The notes beneath the pieces were generated by a model, which saw nothing but the letters and a program-made list of their open reading frames with translations, was not told where the DNA came from and did no database searches. From a bacterium (lineage in GTDB: Bacteria > Hydrothermota > UBA3072 > JAPDKE01), in NCBI GenBank assembly GCA_029258725.1, contig JAPDKE010000006.1, positions 199 through 64,198 on the forward strand: a DNA stretch of 64,000 nucleotides. Direction: 5' to 3'. Shown here piece after piece: positions 1 through 9,450 of the stretch (position 1 is its first letter; the number at the start of each line of letters is the position of its first letter). A program made the translations under genes and the position numbers.

Positions 1-3000
1 AAAGAACAAGAACCCTGGGAGGCAGGGTATCCTTTATCAAAGAGAAGTGGTCAAACCAGGCACGACCCTGAGCAGAATCTATTATCATGGCACTTATCCT
101 CACAGAATCATTCTGGGGAACAAAGGAGGCATAGGCATACTTCCAGGAAGTCCTCCCGGTAAGATTGTCAAAATGAGCAGAATTGCCAAGGTAATCTCCT
201 ATGACCAGCTTCGCCTTGCCCTGAGTGAAGTCGGTCCTAATCCATCCACACAACCAGTAAGTCTCACCACGAACAACAGGTATTCCTCCCTGTCCCACCC
301 TCCAGTACCACCTGGAACCATCCCCCTCTATCCTTAAACACGAATCCCCATAAAGCCCCGGAGAATCAATAGCCACCTTCCCATAATCCGTAGCCTCACC
401 CCAGCAACATAGCCCTTCCTCAAAGGAAGGATTGAATACCAGATCATGAGTGAGGATAAATGGCTCTGAATACCCACTACCGGAATCCCCAGTGGCAGTT
501 CTCACAAATACCTCTATCATATACTCTCCAGGAACAATACTGTCCGTATCCCAGAAATAAAGCGTATCCCTCCGGTTCAGAAGAGAATCAGGAACTATCA
601 ACTTCAACCTCTCCTTATTCACATCACATAACCATATCTCAGGAGCCTTATGAGCAAAGAAACTGTTTATTCTCCATCTTATTTTCATCGTTTCCCCAAT
701 TCTCCACTTTCTGCAATTATTGTCATAAGCAGAAGGCTCCAGAACAAGAACTTCAGGCACAAGACGACCTTTAAGATACCCTATGGTATAAGGATCATCT
801 CCATTGGTCCATATGCAGTGGAAATATTCTCCATCTGCAGAAATAGCAAGATGAGGATATACAGCACGATCCACAGTGACAACAGTTTCCGGGGGCGGAG
901 CCTCAGGACCCCCAGCACCCACAGGAGGCTTCAAATGTATCTCCCAATCACCGGTAGAATTGTCATGAAAGGCAACAACCTTGCCAGCAACTATAACAGG
1001 ATATTCTGAATCTCCATCATTCTTCGTGAGTCTCTTCTTCCCTCCCTCACCAATTCCAGGGACATACTTTTTATAATAAATCTCCCTATCGCTTTCATCC
1101 AAAGGAACCTCACTCCATACAAGATGCAGTGCACCATCACCCCAGCCTATGCTCAACTGATCACCCTTGTTAATGCCAGAAAATGTCCCTCCCTCAAGAA
1201 CAGTGCCATCCCTATCCCTTAACTGCCAGTGAAACGGGCCCGATGTCCCCTTTCTCCACACCGCATATATCTTCCCATCATCGGTAGAAGTGATAACACC
1301 TCCATCTATTGCGTCGTCTATATAACCATCATTGATATTAGGAGAAGTAGGAACCACAAAAAATACAAGGGTGTCATTAAGGTTATTTTTCCTGAAACGC
1401 AGTATTCGGAAGGTTCTATCGTAATCCGAACCCTGCCACTGGAAGTAATATGATTCCTTGTATCCAACGAATCCATACTCATCATTTATTGCAAGGGTAA
1501 GAGGACCGAAAGTTGTCCGATGGATATTCCTTCCACCCACGCAGTACCTTCGTGGATATGCCCATACCCGTGCTCCTATTTGTGGATCATAGTAATTCTT
1601 CCTCACATTTATTGCATAACCAACAAAAACCCCTTTGGAATAAGTGGTAGTCCAGGACACCCATAACTCATCTCCATAAGTTGCCAGGGTAGCAAGGTAA
1701 GGACCTGATATCGTGTCCAAGAAAAAGTCAGGCTTCCATGTTACACCGCCATCCTCCGAATATGTATACCACAAAGAGTCGTTATGAACGTAAATAACAT
1801 GCAATACACCATCCGAGGTCTCCGCTATTTTCCTTTCATTGTTATAGGCAGTGGCATGAGAATAAGAGGTTGTAAAATGGTCTTTTAAAGGAAGCACAAA
1901 GTCAATAGAATCGCTGAAAACCGAAACCCTCACACCATTCGTTGTCTTCATTTTATACCTTCCATCAGGATTACCCGTTATAGGACCCCATATATGTTCA
2001 CAAATACTCCCTGCACCAGGAGCCCCGGGAAGGAAAAACAAAACATTCCCATCTTTATAGATATAATACCCTCCCTGAGGATTATCCGTTTCATGGTAAG
2101 ACCTGTCCCTCCACTTGAAACGCACATACTCATGATTAAGGGCATAAACCTCTAAAAATTTTGGAGGGTTAAGCACGCTCAAAGTATAAGGCCAGTTCCT
2201 CACAGGATCATGCAACGGATTCTCCCCTATTTCCCGATAAGGATTTCCCCCTTTCAGAATATCCTGATAGTAAGGATTATCGTGTATCTCAGGATGCTCC
2301 CCATAGGTATCACGATAGTTGGAAGAAATCATGCGAGCATAGTTTGTAGTGAAGAATTTATGTCGGGTCTTTATCTCAAAGGAAATCTCGGATACATTCG
2401 GGGACTGAGGAATATCAACCGTAAAGTTCCCTTCATGCCTCTGGACCCCCTCAAGCAATGTGTCTCCTATTTTATTTCCATCTTCTCCGTTGGATAGAAC
2501 CTCCCATAACTGTATCTTGGTAGGTCCAAATGTTATAACATCGTAGTGGAGGTTAACGGTGTTGAAACTTATATCAGGAGCATCCAGGGTGGTTAAAACC
2601 TCATTGTTTCCTTCAAAGAACATCTTTATAACCCCGGGCTGGTCATAATAGTAAGGATCATCTATAGGATAAATCCCTCCCACCACCCCTGCCTTCCTGG
2701 AGATGGCATATATACTGACTTTCTTGGTAGGGTCATACTCTGGGATTATCATTGTATAGTCCAGATACTGGGGGCCCTGTAAGACATTCTGAGCCCAAAC
2801 CGAGAGTAATGAAATCGCCCTGTTTAACTCTTCAGCATATGAACTCCTGAGGTTCGGTTTTTTGTAATCTCCGTAAGTATCAAGAAACTCCACTATCCTC
2901 CTCGCCTTTGCATATCCCTTGGAAAAACTCACTCCATCAATAATTTCAACATTCTGCTCACTCGAAGGAAGCGCATTATACACGAGGTCCATCATTTCAG

Positions 3001-4258
3001 GCGTCTCAAGATACCTGTACCACGGCTCTTTAAAACCACTTCTCAAATAATAAAGATCTATTCCCCATGTATCCTTTACATACTGAGCAAGGGCAGTCCA
3101 GAATACTTCCTTTATTATGTGATTTAATATAATACCTCTACAAATTCCTACAATTCCATCCTTGGCATTCCATAACCAGTACCAGAGCTCCGCAACGTCC
3201 TTAAGAAGGTAGAGATCGTTTAATAAATCATCGGATAAAACATTTCTTATGGCCATCTCTTCATAATACTGTATTATACTATCACTCGGCGTCCATTGAG
3301 GATGCAAAGGAACGCCCCCAGCCTTCCTTCCATCAGGAAGTGCCCCGTAAATAAAGTATAACGCTATGGCAGTCCCATGCAGATATGCCTTTAGCCTATC
3401 CGGAGTAAGGTTGTCAATATCATACCCCACAGCCTGAGCAGCCTCCACAAATCTGTCTATAGGAGGATAATCTTTGTCATACCAGCCCTCTATATATCTT
3501 CCTGTAATATCATACTCCACAAGATATTGAAATGATTTATATGCAGGGTGCATACTTACTTTAGCTCCTATCTCATCTTCGCTATAACACGTCCATAAAT
3601 ACATAAGAATACTCTCGGGATGCGGAACATAGGTTTCAACAAAGAGTTCATAATATCCCTCAGGAGCCTGCAATATATCTGTTCCCAAAGCACTGTCCGC
3701 CAGTATAGAGTATCCATATCCAAAAAGAGAAGGAATAAGAACCATATGAGCATACAAATCCTGAAGAACATGCATAAAAGCCCCGTAAATAAGAGACTTC
3801 TCATAGGGACTCCATCCCTGCTGGTTTGCATACTGCACCATTGCGTATAACTTCTCAAAGTTATGATTCAAATCAGGCTCGTTAAATTTGATAAGTTGCC
3901 GTGTCTGATTATATATCTCATCGCTGATCTTTAACCCTTCTGGCTCTATAGCATATTCCGCATACCAGGGAATATTGTATAAAATATCTATAAGCTCTGA
4001 TATTCCCCTCTGAGCATCCTCATCCAGAAGATCAGGCAGCATCGTTCCAATATAGTAAAACTTCTTGGTCATCATATCTATAAAATCATTCCAAGTACCT
4101 TCGACTTTCCAGGGTTTTCCCAACACATCCCTGAAATCACTGTCAAACCCAGCCCATACATCCTTTGTCTTCATTGAAATATAAATATGGGTGAACGGAG
4201 CAAAGGCATAAAGGGAAACAAAAAAGAAAAATGAGAGAAGAAAAGATGCCCTTTTCAT
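1..4258 (-). CDS. Large secreted multidomain protein (>1419 aa, runs off window start): N-terminal Zn-dependent phospholipase C-like domain, then FN3-like, BNR/propeller and CBM/Ig-like modules
   Basis: Not in the ORF track. ATG at 4258 after a GGAGG RBS; MKRASFLLSFFFFVSLYA signal peptide, then FAPFTH, YYIGTMLPD and GAFMHVLQDLYAH (Zn_dep_PLPC-like motifs). Later NPPKNLEV..FKWRD (FN3-like) and YSEDGGVTW (Asp-box). The same frame is still open at the window start (...WFDHFSLIKDTLPPRVLVL). Confidence 0.8.
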   Translation of the reverse strand, partial: MKRASFLLSFFFFVSLYAFAPFTHIYISMKTKDVWAGFDSDFRDVLGKPWKVEGTWNDFIDMMTKKFYYIGTMLPDLLDEDAQRGISELIDILYNIPWYAEYAIEPEGLKISDEIYNQTRQLIKFNEPDLNHNFEKLYAMVQYANQQGWSPYEKSLIYGAFMHVLQDLYAHMVLIPSLFGYGYSILADSALGTDILQAPEGYYELFVETYVPHPESILMYLWTCYSEDEIGAKVSMHPAYKSFQYLVEYDITGRYIEGWYDKDYPPIDRFVEAAQAVGYDIDNLTPDRLKAYLHGTAIALYFIYGALPDGRKAGGVPLHPQWTPSDSIIQYYEEMAIRNVLSDDLLNDLYLLKDVAELWYWLWNAKDGIVGICRGIILNHIIKEVFWTALAQYVKDTWGIDLYYLRSGFKEPWYRYLETPEMMDLVYNALPSSEQNVEIIDGVSFSKGYAKARRIVEFLDTYGDYKKPNLRSSYAEELNRAISLLSVWAQNVLQGPQYLDYTMIIPEYDPTKKVSIYAISRKAGVVGGIYPIDDPYYYDQPGVIKMFFEGNNEVLTTLDAPDISFNTVNLHYDVITFGPTKIQLWEVLSNGEDGNKIGDTLLEGVQRHEGNFTVDIPQSPNVSEISFEIKTRHKFFTTNYARMISSNYRDTYGEHPEIHDNPYYQDILKGGNPYREIGENPLHDPVRNWPYTLSVLNPPKFLEVYALNHEYVRFKWRDRSYHETDNPQGGYYIYKDGNVLFFLPGAPGAGSICEHIWGPITGNPDGRYKMKTTNGVRVSVFSDSIDFVLPLKDHFTTSYSHATAYNNERKIAETSDGVLHVIYVHNDSLWYTYSEDGGVTWKPDFFLDTISGPYLATLATYGDELWVSWTTTYSKGVFVGYAINVRKNYYDPQIGARVWAYPRRYCVGGRNIHRTTFGPLTLAINDEYGFVGYKESYYFQWQGSDYDRTFRILRFRKNNLNDTLVFFVVPTSPNINDGYIDDAIDGGVITSTDDGKIYAVWRKGTSGPFHWQLRDRDGTVLEGGTFSGINKGDQLSIGWGDGALHLVWSEVPLDESDREIYYKKYVPGIGEGGKKRLTKNDGDSEYPVIVAGKVVAFHDNSTGDWEIHLKPPVGAGGPEAPPPETVVTVDRAVYPHLAISADGEYFHCIWTNGDDPYTIGYLKGRLVPEVLVLEPSAYDNNCRKWRIGETMKIRWRINSFFAHKAPEIWLCDVNKERLKLIVPDSLLNRRDTLYFWDTDSIVPGEYMIEVFVRTATGDSGSGYSEPFILTHDLVFNPSFEEGLCCWGEATDYGKVAIDSPGLYGDSCLRIEGDGSRWYWRVGQGGIPVVRGETYWLCGWIRTDFTQGKAKLVIGDYLGNSAHFDNLTGRTSWKYAYASFVPQNDSVRISAMIIDSAQGRAWFDHFSLIKDTLPPRVLVL

Positions 4259-4276
4259 CTCTCCCTCCTTTTTACT

Positions 4277-5467
4277 TCATTTTACATTCTCCACCCTGAA
4301 TACAACTTCAAAGTTCTTGGGCTCCATCTCCTCTATCCAGACAAGATAAAGCCTCCCATCCCGGATAACCCCCGATGGGGTCATGGAAAAATAAGGAGTC
4401 TCAATCCTGTGAGTCTCAAACTCATTCCCATCCCAGGCACTCCAGTAAAGATCAGCAGTACTCCCCTCTATCTTCCACCATAAAAGATAAAGGTCAGAAC
4501 CATGGAAAAATATCCTGTCAAGCCTCGGCTTACCACACATGGGAAAGGTATCAACAGAAGACCATGAAGTATCCTCCTTGACCATATAGGCAATGTTATA
4601 AGTCCCAAAACCACAGTGAAAATGAGGATCATGCCAGGTAACAACAAGCCTCCCATCCCTGCTCAAGGCAATCCTTGGCCACTCCGCACTTGCAGAACCA
4701 TATATCATCTCAGAAATATACCAGCCATCCTTATCACCATAAGAATAGAAAATGCTCCCGCCCCCTTCCACAAGGTGAACCTTCCCATCACCGTCAATAA
4801 CAAACCTGAGATTGTCAGCCCTTGCCGGAAGTTCATACGGTCCTTCCCAGCTTCCATCGGGATTGCGAATAAGATAATGATAAACAATCCCGCCCGAAAA
4901 AGGCTCGTATATCAAATGAAACCTGTTCTCCCTATCACATTGAGCATACCATAACCATGTCCGCTCAGGAAGAACCTCAAGGTCTCCCCATTCACCACCA
5001 AAAGGCTTGCAGGCATAGAAAAGGGTCCCGGGCTCCCAGTCTCTGTAAAGCAAATGAAGATTTCCAAGAGAGTCCATCCTGAGCGTGGGCCATGCAGCCT
5101 CACCCCTATCATATACCACAACAGGCTCAGACCAGTTACGCTCAGAAATATCCCTCCAGGAATACATTATCCTCCAGTCCCCTGTTGTAACATCACTGTC
5201 AGCCCAGACAACATGAATAATACCATCAGGAGTAATAGCAATCTCAGGACAGACAGAATTTCCAGGGGTATTGGAAATCACCTGAAAAGGCAGATTTTCT
5301 CCATCCTCCCTCTGACAGAAACTGCCTGAAAAAAGAAAAAGAAGTAAAACAAGAAAAAGTGCTCTTAGCCCGTACCCGACTCTAATAAAAATCTTCCCAC
5401 CTTTTCCTTCCTTACGGGAGGAAGAAGAAACAGCGTAAATCACCAAATCTCTTCTATGCTTGCTCAT
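4277..5467 (-). CDS. Secreted BNR/sialidase-like beta-propeller protein
   Basis: Repeated 'G.IHVVW.D', 'GNLHLLY', 'GKVHLV', 'GRLVVTW' and 'GRLYLVW' blades. The hydrophobic signal segment starts ~33 aa in, after a degenerate leader-element sequence. Confidence 0.75.
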   Translation of the reverse strand: MSKHRRDLVIYAVSSSSRKEGKGGKIFIRVGYGLRALFLVLLLFLFSGSFCQREDGENLPFQVISNTPGNSVCPEIAITPDGIIHVVWADSDVTTGDWRIMYSWRDISERNWSEPVVVYDRGEAAWPTLRMDSLGNLHLLYRDWEPGTLFYACKPFGGEWGDLEVLPERTWLWYAQCDRENRFHLIYEPFSGGIVYHYLIRNPDGSWEGPYELPARADNLRFVIDGDGKVHLVEGGGSIFYSYGDKDGWYISEMIYGSASAEWPRIALSRDGRLVVTWHDPHFHCGFGTYNIAYMVKEDTSWSSVDTFPMCGKPRLDRIFFHGSDLYLLWWKIEGSTADLYWSAWDGNEFETHRIETPYFSMTPSGVIRDGRLYLVWIEEMEPKNFEVVFRVENVK

Positions 5468-5522
5468 TTTTGCCCTCTTTTAAATTTTTAAAATTTTTCC
5501 CACTTTGTCAACCCCTCGATTT
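5380..5522 (-). repeat. Degenerate copy (F) of the promoter-leader-hairpin element, fused in frame to the BNR gene
   Basis: AATCGAGGGGTTGACA (TTGACA at 5506-5511), then TCTTCTTCCTCCCGTAAGGAAGGAAAAGGTGGGAAGATTTTTATT, which aligns with the hairpin/U-tract of the other copies. Confidence 0.55.
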
Positions 5523-5640
5523 TTCCTTCCACCACTCAGTAACAGGAAGGGGTAAGATGGATGAGCATGAAATTTTTATCAACACTCATTTCTCTCCTCT
5601 TCCAAGTATAGAATACAATATCTTTTATCACTCTGTCAAG
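5523..5640 (-). repeat. Leader element copy A (promoter, RBS, truncated leader ORF 5536-5589 MSVDKNFMLIHLTPSCY*)
   Basis: TTGACA at 5634-5639 and TATTCT -10; core TTTCATGCTCATCCATCTTACCCCTTCCTG shared with the other copies. Confidence 0.75.
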
Positions 5641-5821
5641 GGTTCCATTTTCCTCAAGAATAATGGGGCCCAAAGTGGATTTGTTTCTTCAGATTTTTGG
5701 TTGAATCAAAAAACTTTTGAAACCGTATGAATGCCCTTCACCATTTTGTTTTTGTGGGCAGAATTGTTAACTGTTAATGATTAACCCCCAAAATCATAGT
5801 GAGAAGCGATTTCTTCTCATT

Positions 5822-6274
5822 TCAATCACCTCCTTTTGGTTGAAGATTGAAATTTAAGGTAGTGGTATCTTCCATTATAATGAAAGATTTCACTTTGAAG
5901 TAATAACCCTCTTTATAAGCACTCACATATACCTTAGTATTTACATATCCAGCAATGCATGCATAATATCCATTTTCATTAGTATACGCATATGGAGTAT
6001 GAATTACAGAATCTGCAGGATAACTTCTCGAAATCCCTATACACACACTATCCAAAGGTTCTTCCGTTTGAGCATCATGCACATACCCATCGATCCAACC
6101 AACGGGTGGCTCAGGTGGCTCTGGCTCCTTAATATCGCAAGCAGTTCCCCAAAAGATCAGTGCTCCCACAATGACTATTCTTGAAATCCATGTATAAACA
6201 CTTACTCCGATTATCCTCCATAAAGGTATATCCTGATTATCCCCCGCTGATAAAAGCAAAAATAGAACTCTCAT
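5822..6274 (-). CDS. Putative lipoprotein with carboxypeptidase-regulatory-like (beta-sandwich) domain
   Basis: GTAC lipobox, Pro-rich linker, 'G.V.DA.T.EPL', 'TNENGYY' and 'KEGY' motifs. Confidence 0.7.
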   Translation of the reverse strand: MRVLFLLLSAGDNQDIPLWRIIGVSVYTWISRIVIVGALIFWGTACDIKEPEPPEPPVGWIDGYVHDAQTEEPLDSVCIGISRSYPADSVIHTPYAYTNENGYYACIAGYVNTKVYVSAYKEGYYFKVKSFIIMEDTTTLNFNLQPKGGD

Positions 6275-6440
6275 CGCTCCCTCCTTTCCTTCGCATTATA
6301 AATCAAAAAAATTCCTTCCTCCTTTACCTCCCTCTCGGGACAGGAAGGGGCAGGACGGATAACCATGAAATTTTTACAGGTATTCATTTTTCCCATCCTT
6401 CATTCACAGGGTAAAACATTTTCTACTTCTCTGTCAAGCC
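6271..6440 (-). repeat. Leader element copy B (promoter, RBS, 38 aa leader ORF 6271-6387, hairpin + U-tract)
   Basis: TTGACA at 6432-6437; MNTCKNFMVIRPAPSCPEREVKEEGIFLIYNAKERRER*, whose TGA overlaps the next ATG (ATGA); CCTTCCT...AGGAAGG followed by A2T7. Confidence 0.8.
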
Positions 6441-6455
6441 CCTCACATTCAGTTT

Positions 6456-7289
6456 CTATTCTTCCAGAACATCTCTCAATATCCATATTTCAAGATTTAT
6501 GAGCCTGCACCCCGGGTCAATACAGCCTATCATTTCTCCTGCTGAGAAAATCACATCCTTACCAGACGGGTCCCAGGAGGGAAATTTTATTCCGCTATTA
6601 CAATAAGGCCTTGCATCAAGTCTGATAGTATCACCTGTAGAAAGAGAGAAAAGATAAAGTCCACCTCCTTCTGTTATCAAATATTGAGAATTTGTGGGAT
6701 TTAAAGAGGGATAAGAACCCATGAGCACGATGGTATCCGCAACAACCTCAAAACCATCAAATCCCATTTCTTCGTAAGGTTTAACAAACTCCTCTTCCCC
6801 GGTATACAGGTTCAAGCGATAAAAACCCCGTTGAGAACGGCCTCCACCCCATGCATAGTAATAAAGAAAAGTATCCTCATGGCCAAATCTTAAACATTCC
6901 ACATAAGGTTGAGAATGATAAATGGTATCAAGAACTTCACCCTCAGGGGTTATAAGGAGAATTATTGTGTCATTTGTCACCGCAATCTTTGAACCATCAT
7001 CTGAGAGGTCAAAATAAGTCCATAAACCATCTATCACCTCTCTTTCGTCCGTCCCATCAAGGTTTACTACCTTTAATGTGCCATAGCCCCACCAGGGCTC
7101 CGCAATCTTCTCAAGATAGAAAATTCTGTCATCGGGACTCCACCGGGGAAAACACAGGTATGCATTTTCTTTTGTCAGCACCAGTTCAAGTTTTGAATTC
7201 CTGTGGAAAAACAGGCATTCCCAATCACAACCTCCGGTAAGAAGGGCAAGATTGAAGAGGAAAAGATAGAGTAAGTATCTGGGCTTCAT
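6456..7289 (-). CDS. TolB-like (PD40) beta-propeller lipoprotein, paralog 1
   Basis: TGGC lipobox; PRWSPDDR, LSDDGSKIA and PSWDPSGK repeats; paralogous to the next two genes. Confidence 0.8.
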   Translation of the reverse strand: MKPRYLLYLFLFNLALLTGGCDWECLFFHRNSKLELVLTKENAYLCFPRWSPDDRIFYLEKIAEPWWGYGTLKVVNLDGTDEREVIDGLWTYFDLSDDGSKIAVTNDTIILLITPEGEVLDTIYHSQPYVECLRFGHEDTFLYYYAWGGGRSQRGFYRLNLYTGEEEFVKPYEEMGFDGFEVVADTIVLMGSYPSLNPTNSQYLITEGGGLYLFSLSTGDTIRLDARPYCNSGIKFPSWDPSGKDVIFSAGEMIGCIDPGCRLINLEIWILRDVLEE

Positions 7290-8185
7290 TTTTTATCTCC
7301 CTCGCTTTCTAAAACATCCTTTAAAATCCAGATCTCAAACCATGTAGGTCTTACAGGGTCTCCTACACATTTAGCAGAGGAAAAAACCACATCTTTTCCC
7401 AAAGGAGACCAAGAAGGATAAAGTATCACAGCACAGGGATAAGGTGCTGTATCTAAGGTATCCATTTCACCACTCAGAAAGTTTAATAAAATAAGCCCTT
7501 CACCTTTTTCTACGCTTCCAAATAAGTATTGTGGAGATATTATATATTGGTGGTCTACAGGGTTAAAACTTTGCATTCCTTCCACAATCTCCCCATCAGG
7601 AGTAACCTCAAAACCCATTATATTTAAATCTCTGCATTGTTCAATAAACTTCTCTTCCCAGGTATAAAGATTAATCCTGTAAAAGCCCCAGGAAGAATCA
7701 TTTTCACTCCCATAAGCGTAGTAGTAAAGAAATGTATCACTCCAGCCAAATCTACACGTAAGAACATAAGGCTGAGAAGTGGGTACCGTGTCCAGTATCT
7801 CACCATCAGGAGTAAGGAGAATTAAAATTCCTCCACTGTCTATATATACTCCCCAATACTCAACACTTAATTTGCCTTTAATTACTGCCAGGTTTGTTCC
7901 ATCCCTTGACATAGTAAGGTATGACCATGCGCCATCAATTACCTTCTTTTTTCCAGAACCATCAGCATTCACCACCATAAGTGTTCCTGCATCACTCCCT
8001 GCTATCTCGAGATAAAATATCTTACCATCCGGATGCCAGCAGGGCATAATAAGATGGCAATTTTCCTCTGATATTACAGATTTCAGATTGGGATTCCTGC
8101 GAAAGATAAACCAGGAAAACCAATCCACACCGCAACCTTTCAGGAAAACGAGTAAGCCCAGACCTATAAAAAACTTTGCCTTCAT
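7286..8185 (-). CDS. TolB-like beta-propeller lipoprotein, paralog 2
   Basis: LKGC lipobox; PCWHPDGK, MSRDGTNLA and PSWSPLGK; shares RNPxL and EIWILxDV with its paralogs. Confidence 0.8.
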   Translation of the reverse strand: MKAKFFIGLGLLVFLKGCGVDWFSWFIFRRNPNLKSVISEENCHLIMPCWHPDGKIFYLEIAGSDAGTLMVVNADGSGKKKVIDGAWSYLTMSRDGTNLAVIKGKLSVEYWGVYIDSGGILILLTPDGEILDTVPTSQPYVLTCRFGWSDTFLYYYAYGSENDSSWGFYRINLYTWEEKFIEQCRDLNIMGFEVTPDGEIVEGMQSFNPVDHQYIISPQYLFGSVEKGEGLILLNFLSGEMDTLDTAPYPCAVILYPSWSPLGKDVVFSSAKCVGDPVRPTWFEIWILKDVLESEGDKK

Positions 8186-8265
8186 CTCACACCTCCTTTA
8201 AAAAATCCTTAATATCCAACCCCACCTTAAAAACAAAAAGAAATAAGGATTAAAAAATTTCCTTT

Positions 8266-9261
8266 TCATTTCTCACCTCCTTCCAGACTTTCCCAGACGT
8301 CATGCAAAATCCAGAGTTCTAAAATTCCTACACTCGCTTCAACGCAGCCACCGTAAACCTCTCCAACACTTATAACCAATTTCTCACCATCAGGAGACCA
8401 GTATGCAGATTCAAAGCCAGACAGGTCTTCCGGTGGACCAAATGGGTCTGCATCTAACTCTATCAGTGTATGAGTAGAAAGGTTTAGAAGATACAAATCA
8501 GCGATTCCTGGACCCATACTGTATCCATTCAGAAAGACAAGGTAATTCTCGTGTACAGGATTTAATTTGGGAGAGCAGAAACATCCCGGATAAGCAAGAG
8601 AATCTATATTTCCATAGCATATAGAGTCACCGTAACAGAGGCAAAACCCGGCTCCCCACTTCATCATTGATACATCTCCTTCCTCTTTTACCAGTTCCTC
8701 ACCACTCCCATCCAGATTTATCCGGTAAAAGCCAAAGGGAATGCCTGTATACACCTTGTCATAGGCATAATAATACAACTTTGAATCGTCTGACCCGAAT
8801 TCAACATCCAGAACCAGAGGTAAACCCGTGGGAAGGGTATCAAGGATATTTCCAGATGTATCCACAAGTATCAATGGACCTCCATCCCATTCAAGTTCAT
8901 TATCACCTGTCTCATAACTCAAGGCAAGTAAACTTCCATCATGAGAAATAGCAAGAGAACAAAAAGGACCCTTTAAAAGAAATTTACTCTCCCTCGTATC
9001 AAGATTTATTTTCCATAATTCCCCACCTATGCCAAGGGATGTTGCATAGGTAATACGATTATTTCTATGTGTCCTTAAATAATAAATAAACCTTCCATCA
9101 GGACTCCATACGGGATTGAAAAGACAGCATGAGTCATCCCTTACCAGAAGTTCCAGATCAGGATTTCTCTCCCACTTCTCCCCAAAAGGCCAGAGTGAGC
9201 ATCCTGTTAAAATGAGTATTGCAGGAAGAAAATAAGTGCTATTTAAACGATTCCAGAACAC
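8266..9261 (-). CDS. TolB-like beta-propeller lipoprotein, paralog 3
   Basis: LTGC lipobox; PVWSPDGR, ISHDGSLLA and WSPDGEK; GTG start directly after the leader ORF stop. Confidence 0.8.
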   Translation of the reverse strand: MFWNRLNSTYFLPAILILTGCSLWPFGEKWERNPDLELLVRDDSCCLFNPVWSPDGRFIYYLRTHRNNRITYATSLGIGGELWKINLDTRESKFLLKGPFCSLAISHDGSLLALSYETGDNELEWDGGPLILVDTSGNILDTLPTGLPLVLDVEFGSDDSKLYYYAYDKVYTGIPFGFYRINLDGSGEELVKEEGDVSMMKWGAGFCLCYGDSICYGNIDSLAYPGCFCSPKLNPVHENYLVFLNGYSMGPGIADLYLLNLSTHTLIELDADPFGPPEDLSGFESAYWSPDGEKLVISVGEVYGGCVEASVGILELWILHDVWESLEGGEK

Positions 9262-9424
9262 TCAAGGCCTCCTGTTTTGGGTTTTCCATAAAAGCAAACC
9301 CCCTTCCTCCTTTGCCTCCCTTTCGGGATGGGAAGGGGTAAGATGGAAGAATTTAAAGTTTTCACAGCCATTCATTTTCCTCTCCCCTTACAGGTTAAAA
9401 CATTTTTTACATTTTTGTCAAGGG
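9262..9424 (-). repeat. Leader element copy C (promoter, RBS, 37 aa leader ORF 9262-9375, hairpin + U-rich tract)
   Basis: TTGACA at 9416-9421 and TAACCT; MNGCENFKFFHLTPSHPEREAKEEGGLLLWKTQNRRP* abuts GTG at 9261; ACCCCTTCC...GGAAGGGGGT stem followed by TTGCTTTT. Confidence 0.8.
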
Positions 9425-9450
9425 TGCGAGATTGTAAAAGGTATCTTCCA

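Noticed and set aside
47-3858. Many short ORF-track ORFs in the first 4 kb
   Set aside because: They are shadows of the long minus-strand CDS 1-4258.
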